52,888 nt of DNA from Candidatus Omnitrophota bacterium (GTDB lineage Bacteria > Omnitrophota > Gorgyraeia > Gygaellales > Profunditerraquicolaceae): positions 1 to 52,888 of the forward strand of contig JBEKSD010000009.1 in assembly GCA_049517335.1 (NCBI GenBank), in the 5' to 3' direction. The translations under genes and the position numbers were made by a program. Below are positions 45,691-52,888 of this stretch, in pieces. Within the stretch, counting starts at the first letter, position 1, and every line of letters starts with the position of its first letter. Under the pieces are notes generated by a model. That model did no database searches. It was given only the letters and a program-made list of their open reading frames with translations, and had not been told where the DNA came from.

Positions 45691-46917
45691 ATGAAAATCC
45701 TCATGGCAAATAAATTCTTTTATCTTAAAGGCGGATCAGAGTATGTTTTTTTTGAAACAGCCCAGCTTCTGAGGAATAAAGGGCATACTGAAACCTTCTT
45801 TTCTATGGACGATTTACGTAATTTAGATTCAGAATACAAGAAATATTTTGTCAGAAGTATCAATTATGATGCTAGAGGGATACTAAACCAACTAAACAAC
45901 GTTTCCAAACTTTTTTATTCATTTGAGGCGAAAAAGAAAATAAAGGAATTACTGCAGGATGAGCATCCTGATATAGCACATCTTCACAATATCTATCATC
46001 AGATTTCGCCCTCCATTTTACACGCTTTAAAGGAATTCAATGTTCCCGTAGTTATGACATTGCACGATTATAAAATGGTATGCGCTTCTCATGCTCTTTT
46101 GGCTAATGGTAAGATTTGTGAGGCCTGTAAGGACGGTAGGTATTATAAATGCTTTATTAAAAGGTGCGTTATGAGTTCGAGACTAAAGAGTCTAATCAAT
46201 ACCATAGAAATGTACCTACATCATAAGATTTTACATATTTATGATTTGGTAGATATTTTTATCGCTCCAAGCAGATTTTTAAAGTTAAAATTGGAGGAGC
46301 TAGGCTTTAAGGGTCAAATTATACATCTTCCGAATTTTGTTAATCTAGATGAATTTATACCACAATTTACATGGGAAGAAAAAACGATTGTTTATATTGG
46401 TCGGCTATCATTAGAAAAGGGGCTACTTACGTTATTAGAAGCGGCAAAAAAAACAAAAGGAGTTAGTTTTAAACTAATTGGAGATGGCTCTATGAGGCAT
46501 ACATTGGAAGAAAAGATTAAGAAAGAGAATATAGGGAACGTTAATTTGTTGGGCTACATGATTGGTGAGGAGTTGAAAGAAGAGATAAGGAAATCCATGT
46601 TTATTGTGCTTCCTTCCGAATGTTACGAAAATAATCCTCGTTCTATAATAGAAGGTTTTGCCTTAGGAAAACCGGCCGTTGCTTCAAGGATTGGTGGAGT
46701 ACCCGAATTAATTATGGATAACCGGACAGGACTGACTTTTGATGCAGGTAATAAGAATGATCTGTGTGCTAAAATAGAATCCTTAGTGAATAATCCTGAT
46801 AAAATTATTGAAATGGGTAGGAATGCAAGAGCATACGTTGAGCACGAATTAAATAGCGAAAAACATTATCAGAGATTAACGGAAATATATAATCAACTTA
46901 TAAAATCTAAGGTTTAG
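45691..46917 (+). CDS. Glycosyltransferase family 4
   Basis: GGSE, HLHNIYHQISPS, TLHDYK..C, YIGRLS.EKG, PSECYENNPRSIIE.FA.GKP. Confidence 0.92.
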   Translation: MKILMANKFFYLKGGSEYVFFETAQLLRNKGHTETFFSMDDLRNLDSEYKKYFVRSINYDARGILNQLNNVSKLFYSFEAKKKIKELLQDEHPDIAHLHNIYHQISPSILHALKEFNVPVVMTLHDYKMVCASHALLANGKICEACKDGRYYKCFIKRCVMSSRLKSLINTIEMYLHHKILHIYDLVDIFIAPSRFLKLKLEELGFKGQIIHLPNFVNLDEFIPQFTWEEKTIVYIGRLSLEKGLLTLLEAAKKTKGVSFKLIGDGSMRHTLEEKIKKENIGNVNLLGYMIGEELKEEIRKSMFIVLPSECYENNPRSIIEGFALGKPAVASRIGGVPELIMDNRTGLTFDAGNKNDLCAKIESLVNNPDKIIEMGRNARAYVEHELNSEKHYQRLTEIYNQLIKSKV

Positions 46918-46922
46918 GAAAA

Positions 46923-48491
46923 ATGGACCTTCTTGTTAAAAGAATTATCTCGATTTTATTTCTCATATCATCACTAAGTCTTTTAAATCCTATAGACTTG
47001 TTTGCTGAAAATAATGTGATTACCGTGTATTATAATAAAGAGATTGGCCAGATGAATAAAAATATTTTTGGAAATAACTTTCTAGGTTATGAAAGAAATG
47101 GACATAGATACCATGGCGAAGAATGTTACGATTATTCTGATTATGGAGCAGGTCTATGGGACTCCGTAATAAAAGAACCGATTAAAGAAGTGATAGATTT
47201 AGCTAAGGAATCAGGAATGGCAGTAGCAAGGTTCCCTGGCGGATGCGGAACTTACCATTATAATTGGAAGAATGCTATTGGAAAATACAGGAAGCATTTC
47301 TTATATGGGTTAAATGAATTTTTAAAAACCTGTAAAGATATAGGTGTAGAACCTATTATTACTATTAGTTATTTTGAAGGAGACGAATCGGATGCTGCTA
47401 ATTTGGTTGAATATCTTAATACAATTGATGATAGTAAGCATAGATGGTCTGCGATTAGAACTAAAAATGGTCATAAAGAACCATATAATGTGAAATACTT
47501 TGAGATTGGCAATGAAGATTGGCAGGGGGATCATGAAAATATAAAAAAAGTTTTACCCAATGAATATGCGAATAGATATTTGAAATACTATAATGCGATT
47601 AAAGCAATCGATTCCTCTGTTAAAATAGGGGTAATTTTAGATGGACGATATTGGAATAGAGGTGTTTTAGGAGTAATAAAAGATAAGTTAGATTTTGGAA
47701 TCATTCACATTTATCCCTCGCCAGAGGTATCCGATTACGTGCTAGAGATGATGAATGCAAAAGATATTTTTAGTATAACATTAGGGCCAGCAGTTCTAAA
47801 AGGAGAGCGCGATCTTCAGGAAGCCTTAAAACTTTTAAAAGAAAAATCAGGTAAAAATGTACCTTTGGCTATTACAGAATACAATGGGGGATTTGTTCAA
47901 GAGAAGCCGGTACCTTATCGGTATTGTCTCGGGACAGCGCTTATTAATGCGGAATTATTAAGAATTTTTATGAAGCCCGAAAACAACATTTTGATGGCAA
48001 ACTATTGGAATTTTTGTAATGAATACTGGGGGATGGTTGCAAACGGGTTTGATGGTGAATACAAGGGTTTATATAAACCATATTATAAGAGGTCAAGCTA
48101 CTATATATTTGAGCTGTATCATAAACATTTCGGTGACATTTTGCTGGGAGTCGACGTAAGGTGCGATTCATATAGAATAGGTATGTACAATATTCCATAC
48201 CTATCCGTCAATGTTAGCAAAAGTAAAGATGGTAAAAAAATTTTTCTCATGGTTGTTAATAAAAATATATATAAGAGCATATCTGCTGATTTGAAACTCG
48301 AGGGGTTTGTTTCAGCCAAAAAAGTGGATGCATGGACTTTAAATGGTCCGAGCGTAGATGCGACTAATGAACAGAATCATGACAACATAAAAGTTGCATA
48401 TAAGACATTTGAGATTAATAATAATCCTTTTGAGTTTAATTTTGAGCCGCATTCTTTAACCGCGATTGAGATAACGAAAAAGGAAGAATAA
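46923..48491 (+). CDS. Secreted glycoside hydrolase (GH51 alpha-L-arabinofuranosidase-like)
   Basis: Signal peptide, RFPGG, AANLVEY, VKYFEIGNE (acid/base), AITEYN (nucleophile), C-terminal beta-sandwich ending PHSLTAI. Confidence 0.8.
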   Translation: MDLLVKRIISILFLISSLSLLNPIDLFAENNVITVYYNKEIGQMNKNIFGNNFLGYERNGHRYHGEECYDYSDYGAGLWDSVIKEPIKEVIDLAKESGMAVARFPGGCGTYHYNWKNAIGKYRKHFLYGLNEFLKTCKDIGVEPIITISYFEGDESDAANLVEYLNTIDDSKHRWSAIRTKNGHKEPYNVKYFEIGNEDWQGDHENIKKVLPNEYANRYLKYYNAIKAIDSSVKIGVILDGRYWNRGVLGVIKDKLDFGIIHIYPSPEVSDYVLEMMNAKDIFSITLGPAVLKGERDLQEALKLLKEKSGKNVPLAITEYNGGFVQEKPVPYRYCLGTALINAELLRIFMKPENNILMANYWNFCNEYWGMVANGFDGEYKGLYKPYYKRSSYYIFELYHKHFGDILLGVDVRCDSYRIGMYNIPYLSVNVSKSKDGKKIFLMVVNKNIYKSISADLKLEGFVSAKKVDAWTLNGPSVDATNEQNHDNIKVAYKTFEINNNPFEFNFEPHSLTAIEITKKEE

Positions 48492-48495
48492 TCTT

Positions 48496-49458
48496 ATGAA
48501 ACCGAAGCTGCACGGTTCCATCATAGTAACCTACCGCTGCAACGCCAAATGCAATATGTGCGATGTGTGGCATTATCCTACCAAACCTTCAGAAGAAATA
48601 GGTCTGGATGTTATAAAAAAACTTCCGGAGATGTTTTTTGTTAACGTCACGGGAGGGGAACCATTCGTAAGGCAAGATTTGCCTCAAATAATAAGCGAGC
48701 TTGGTAAGAAAGCAAAACGAATAGTTATAAGCACGAACGGATATTTTACAGATAGGATCATCGAGTTGTGCAAAAAATTACCCGGTTTAGGAATCCGCAT
48801 CAGCGTAGAAGGGTCTCCAGAATCAAATGACAAGATACGCGGCATACTCGATGGATATAGACGGACACAGGAGACTTTGCGCAAACTTCAGGAAATAGGG
48901 GTAAAAGATATAGGTTTTGCTATGACTGTGCAAGATATAAATTATAAGGATCTGGTTGGATTGTATAAAATGGCAAAGAAACTGGATTATGAATTCGCGA
49001 CCGCGACTCTGCACAATTCCCACTATTTCTATAAGTTCGATAATAAGATTGAGAACAAAGAGGCGGTTATAACTGAGTTTGAGCGGTTAATAAAAGAACT
49101 TCTGAGATCGCGGAAGATAAAGGAATGGTTCCGGGCATATTTTAATTATGGCTTGATAAATTATATAAAAGACAATCCTCGGTTACTGCCATGTGAAATG
49201 GGTAGGGACGGTTTCTTTCTCGACCCGTGGGGAGACGTTCTTGCATGTAACGGCATGGACGAGAAAATACCGATGGGAAACCTTAAAGAGCAGAGTTGGG
49301 ATGAGATATGGAAAGGTAAAAGGGCACAGGAAGTGCGTAGTATGGTAAGAGACTGTAAAAAGAACTGTTGGATGATTGGAAGCGTAGCACCCGCAATGTG
49401 GCAGCATCCTATTAAACCGATTCTGTGGGTATTAAAGAATAAAATAAGGCAAAGATGA
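48496..49458 (+). CDS. Radical SAM protein with SPASM/twitch domain
   Basis: CNAKCNMC, TGGEPF, ISTNG, C-terminal PC...GDVLAC...CKKNC. Confidence 0.9.
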   Translation: MKPKLHGSIIVTYRCNAKCNMCDVWHYPTKPSEEIGLDVIKKLPEMFFVNVTGGEPFVRQDLPQIISELGKKAKRIVISTNGYFTDRIIELCKKLPGLGIRISVEGSPESNDKIRGILDGYRRTQETLRKLQEIGVKDIGFAMTVQDINYKDLVGLYKMAKKLDYEFATATLHNSHYFYKFDNKIENKEAVITEFERLIKELLRSRKIKEWFRAYFNYGLINYIKDNPRLLPCEMGRDGFFLDPWGDVLACNGMDEKIPMGNLKEQSWDEIWKGKRAQEVRSMVRDCKKNCWMIGSVAPAMWQHPIKPILWVLKNKIRQR

Positions 49459-50597
49459 AAGTTGTAGTTTTAGGAACGCGCGGTTTCCCTAATGTGCAGG
49501 GAGGGGTAGAGAAACACTGCGAGCATCTGTATTCGGAGCTCATAAAGAGAGGCTGTGAGGTTACGGTTTTTACGAGAATGCCTTACATGGAACCGTCAAA
49601 AAACGAATATAAAGGTGTAAAACTTATTTCCTTGAAGTGCCCGCGTTCAAAACATCTTGAGGCGTTTGTCCATACGTTTCAAGGTGTGCTCGCTGCAAAG
49701 AGACTTAAACCGGATATTTTGCATATACATGCTGTGGGACCTTCTTTGTTTGTGCCTTTAGCATATATGATGGGATTTAAAGTAATCATGACCCATCATG
49801 GGCCAGATTATGAGCGTAAGAAATGGAACTTAGTAGCTAAATTTATTCTAAGGTTGGGGGAGAAGTGGGGTTGCAGGGGAGCAAACAGGGTAATTTGTGT
49901 GTCTAGCGTTATTGCTGAAAATATAAAGAAGAAGTTTAATGTTGAGGCTAAGGTTATTCCTAATGGGGTTATAATTTCCGAAACACTAAAAACCGATAAA
50001 ATCTTAAAAAAATTTAACTTAGAAAAAAGTAGGTATATTCTTGCGGTAGGAAGGTTTGTACCTGAGAAGGGATTTGTTGAATTAATAGAGGCTTTTAGGC
50101 AAGTGCAGTCCTCTAAAAATGGTAATAACTCTTGCTCAAATTGGAAGTTAGTGATTGCGGGAGATGCTGATCATGAAGATAAGTATAGCTTAGGGCTGAA
50201 GGAGTTGGCTAAAAAAACACCCGGAGTAATTATGACAGGATTTTTGTACGGACAGGACCTGCAAGAGTTGTATAGCCATGCGGGATTATTTATGCTGCCA
50301 TCTTATTATGAGGGATTGCCGATAGTACTTCTTGAAGCAATGGGCTATGGGTTATCCTGTTTAGCAAGCGATATCCCGGCGAACAGAAGCGTAGAGTTAT
50401 CTGTAAATAGGTTTTTTACTCCGGGAGATATCGGGATGATGGCAGAAAAAATCAAGCATTTCATAGATAAACCCTTAACCGAAGAAGAAAGGACTACGCA
50501 GATTAAAATATTAACCGAGAAATATAACTGGGATAAAATCGCAGAACAAACACTAGAAGTATATAAAAGTGTTATAGCTAATGAAAAAGACCGTTAA
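49455..50597 (+). CDS. Glycosyltransferase family 4
   Basis: GTRGFP...GGVE, VGRFVPEKG, PSYYEGLPIVLLEAM. Confidence 0.92.
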   Translation: MKVVVLGTRGFPNVQGGVEKHCEHLYSELIKRGCEVTVFTRMPYMEPSKNEYKGVKLISLKCPRSKHLEAFVHTFQGVLAAKRLKPDILHIHAVGPSLFVPLAYMMGFKVIMTHHGPDYERKKWNLVAKFILRLGEKWGCRGANRVICVSSVIAENIKKKFNVEAKVIPNGVIISETLKTDKILKKFNLEKSRYILAVGRFVPEKGFVELIEAFRQVQSSKNGNNSCSNWKLVIAGDADHEDKYSLGLKELAKKTPGVIMTGFLYGQDLQELYSHAGLFMLPSYYEGLPIVLLEAMGYGLSCLASDIPANRSVELSVNRFFTPGDIGMMAEKIKHFIDKPLTEEERTTQIKILTEKYNWDKIAEQTLEVYKSVIANEKDR

Positions 50598-51615
50598 CTT
50601 TATTTTAATTATATTTTTTATCTTCTTGGCAACTGTGGTAATTTTTTTGTTTTCCGCAGACTGGCAGTTTAATTCCGTAAAACGGCTTGAATCTGGTTAT
50701 CTCTGGCAAAGAGCGGAAGAGAAATACCAGTTAGCAATAAGCCTTGATCCGTTTAACGCACAATACTTTGCCGGATATGGAGATTTTCTAAGAAATAAGA
50801 GTGTTTATCAAAAAGACAGGACGGATTGGCTTATGAGTGCGGAAAAATTATACGCGCATGCCTTAAGGCTAAATCCTTATAGCGCAGATTATGCTTTAAA
50901 TTCAGGGATAACCAAGTTGCAATTATTTTTGTTGGATAAGGATAAATTTAAAAATAGGCTTTACTCCGGATTAAATGATTTGAAGAGAGCGGTTAAAAAT
51001 GATCCGAATGGCTCTGATACAAACTATACTGCAGGTTGTACTGGGATACTGATATGGAATGATCTTCACGCACCTGATAAAGAATGGGTTTTGTCTGTAT
51101 TGAAGCAGAATCTTAAAACTATGCCTGAAAACGAAGAGTATATCTATTCGCAATTATGGAAAATTGCAAAAGACTATAGCGCCTTGCGAAAAATAAGACC
51201 TATAGAATCTGCCCAAGAGAAGAAAGAAAAATTAAAAAGAATAGAAAAAATCAGACAGGGTAACTCCGGCCAAGCCTGGCAAGGTAAGTCTAAGGATGGG
51301 GTTAATGTTTATGAAAATGGAAATATGTATTGGACAGGAACAGTTGATATGCTAATAAATCTGCCTAATGCTAAATCAACTATCAAAATCCAAGCCAAGG
51401 GTTCACCAACAGATGATATCTGGCCTCATATGATTGTAGAATTAGATGGTGAAGAAATCGGAGAAATATTCGTGGAAAGCCCGGAATGGAAAGAATACGT
51501 TTTTCAGGTAGACACAAAGGGGGGAGGCAAAGTGTTAAGTGTTACCTTTGCCAATGACGGCGGAAATGCGAAAGAAGATAGAAACCTCTATCTAGGAGAT
51601 GTAAGCATTGAGTGA
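50581..51615 (+). CDS. Membrane-anchored TPR-like protein with a C-terminal carbohydrate-binding-like domain
   Basis: N-terminal TM, TPR-like AISLDPFNA / ALRLNPYSA / AVKNDPN, C-terminal VTFAND...EDRNLY (CBM60-like). Confidence 0.65.
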   Translation: MKKTVNFILIIFFIFLATVVIFLFSADWQFNSVKRLESGYLWQRAEEKYQLAISLDPFNAQYFAGYGDFLRNKSVYQKDRTDWLMSAEKLYAHALRLNPYSADYALNSGITKLQLFLLDKDKFKNRLYSGLNDLKRAVKNDPNGSDTNYTAGCTGILIWNDLHAPDKEWVLSVLKQNLKTMPENEEYIYSQLWKIAKDYSALRKIRPIESAQEKKEKLKRIEKIRQGNSGQAWQGKSKDGVNVYENGNMYWTGTVDMLINLPNAKSTIKIQAKGSPTDDIWPHMIVELDGEEIGEIFVESPEWKEYVFQVDTKGGGKVLSVTFANDGGNAKEDRNLYLGDVSIE

Positions 51616-52840
51616 TAAACATAGACGTATCTTATTTTATGGAATTGTAGCGCTATTGATATTTACGCCGCTTGCCCGGGGCACGGTCAAAATATGGTCT
51701 CAGGCCCCATTTTTATTGATTTCTTATTCTCTGATTTTTCTTTGGTTAAAGTCAGATTTGAAATCATCGACAGACAACGCATACAGTTTTTCAGTATCTT
51801 TAGCGATTGCCCTCTTTGGCCTGCTTGCAGTCCTTTCCTTTATCTTTTCCATCTATAAACACGACAGTTTATTAGCCCTGCTCAGGCTATTTTCTTATAT
51901 CGGTATTTTTTATCTTTTAATAAAGAGTTTTAGCGGAGATATGTTCAGAAAATTACTGGGCATGGTGGTCATAATCGGAACAGTTCTTTCTTTATATAGC
52001 ATCTTCCAGTATCTTGATTTCTTTGAACACTCCTGGTGGATCCCCAGCCAATTTCCTGCCGCAAGCTACGTAAACCACAATCATTTCGCCGGCTATCTTG
52101 AGCTCACAATACCCCTAACCCTAGGCTTTATCTTCTCGCACCTTGCGGAATCAAAACCTAAGAAAATAATCTTGACCCTAGCCATATCTATTCAGGCTGC
52201 GGCTTTTATCCTTACCCAGTCGCGGGGAGGATGGCTCAGCCTGCTAATAGCGCTCCTGATTATGGGAGTGGTGCTTATTAAAAATAAAGAATTAAAAGTA
52301 AAATATTTTATTATTTCTATTATCCTGCTTGCGCTATTGTTTGGTTTCATCACATTTAATGAAAAGGAAGTTTTACAACGCGTAGGGACTATGGGTAGTG
52401 CAGTATTTAAGCCTCAGGGGCTGGAGCTATCTTTGGAGGGCCGTAATAAAATCTGGGAAGGCGCTCTGGGAATGATTAAAGATAAGCCTCTGTTGGGGGT
52501 AGGGATAGGAGACTTTGATGCCGGTTTTTATCGCTTCTGCCCAGAAGGATTTGCTATGCGTGCGGTCTATGCCCACAATGATTACCTGCAGATGGCCGCG
52601 GAAATGGGGCTCCTGGCGCCCTTATTGATGCTCTTAATATTCGCAACGATCATTAGCGCAGGCATACGTCAGGGTGAACACCCGCTTCTCTTGGGGTGTG
52701 CAATAGGGGTGTTAAGTTTAGCCCTACATGGGTTTGTTGATTTTAATTTCCATATTCCCGCTAATATGCTATTATTTAGTGTATGCGCCGCTTACGTGAT
52801 GCGGCTGCGTAAAGCTGGAAATCTTAAAAATACAGTTTAA
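51608..52840 (+). CDS. O-antigen ligase family protein
   Basis: YVNHNHFAGYLEL, LTQSRGG, R..IW......I..KPLLGVG.G.F, AHNDYLQMAAEMG, HGFVDFNFHIPAN. Confidence 0.9.
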   Translation: MSDKHRRILFYGIVALLIFTPLARGTVKIWSQAPFLLISYSLIFLWLKSDLKSSTDNAYSFSVSLAIALFGLLAVLSFIFSIYKHDSLLALLRLFSYIGIFYLLIKSFSGDMFRKLLGMVVIIGTVLSLYSIFQYLDFFEHSWWIPSQFPAASYVNHNHFAGYLELTIPLTLGFIFSHLAESKPKKIILTLAISIQAAAFILTQSRGGWLSLLIALLIMGVVLIKNKELKVKYFIISIILLALLFGFITFNEKEVLQRVGTMGSAVFKPQGLELSLEGRNKIWEGALGMIKDKPLLGVGIGDFDAGFYRFCPEGFAMRAVYAHNDYLQMAAEMGLLAPLLMLLIFATIISAGIRQGEHPLLLGCAIGVLSLALHGFVDFNFHIPANMLLFSVCAAYVMRLRKAGNLKNTV

Positions 52841-52850
52841 GGAGGTCGAT

Positions 52851-52888
52851 ATGAAAGGCATTAAAAATCTAGGAATCATAGCTATTTT
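52851..52888 (+). CDS. Start of the next gene (3'-truncated)
   Basis: AAGGAGG SD then ATG 52851 (MKGIKNLGIIAI...), running off the window. Confidence 0.6.
   Translation, partial: MKGIKNLGIIAI

Noticed and set aside
5424-51153. Numerous minus-strand and nested ORFs in the six-frame track (e.g. 9579-10058, 23299-23763, 33845-34312)
   Set aside because: They are antisense or out-of-frame shadows of well-supported + strand genes, with no recognisable motifs.
1-52888. CRISPR arrays, tRNA/rRNA genes, IS elements, known metabolite riboswitches
   Set aside because: No regularly spaced repeats, cloverleaf or rRNA-like segments, transposase ORFs or recognisable riboswitch consensus were seen by eye. 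An Rfam/Infernal scan was not possible.

Overview
Bacterial chromosomal window from a diderm, probably anaerobic organism (Omnitrophota/PVC-like gene content; this placement is inference only). Essentially all genes lie on the + strand. In order it holds: (1) the end of a type IV pilin/pseudopilin-like cluster; (2) an Lrp/AsnC - class I aminotransferase - GAF-ANTAR operon; (3) a 12-gene complex-I-like group 4 [NiFe]-hydrogenase operon with its maturation protease, then DedA; (4) a roughly 20 kb nitrogen-assimilation island: orphan ECF-like sigma factor, APC permease-PII fusion, porin, PII, a small unlisted HTH gene, two amtB-glnK copies split by a toxin-antitoxin pair, GSI, GSIII, a truncated NtrC/Fis-like protein and gltBD; (5) an AT-rich surface-polysaccharide locus. 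The main finding is non-coding. An exact bipartite motif, GTTACCA-N16-ACTTGTA, occurs four times, upstream of the permease-PII, amtB2, glnA and gltBD units. Each copy is followed by ANTAR-type hexaloop hairpins overlapping intrinsic terminators. The sigma gene and the hydrogenase operon carry the same hairpin/terminator leaders but have sigma70-type promoters. This suggests a two-tier, feed-forward nitrogen regulatory cascade: a GAF-ANTAR antiterminator releases a dedicated sigma factor, and the target genes need both. It may replace NtrBC/sigma54, of which only a gutted NtrC-like relic is visible here. All family calls are by motif recognition; no database search was run.
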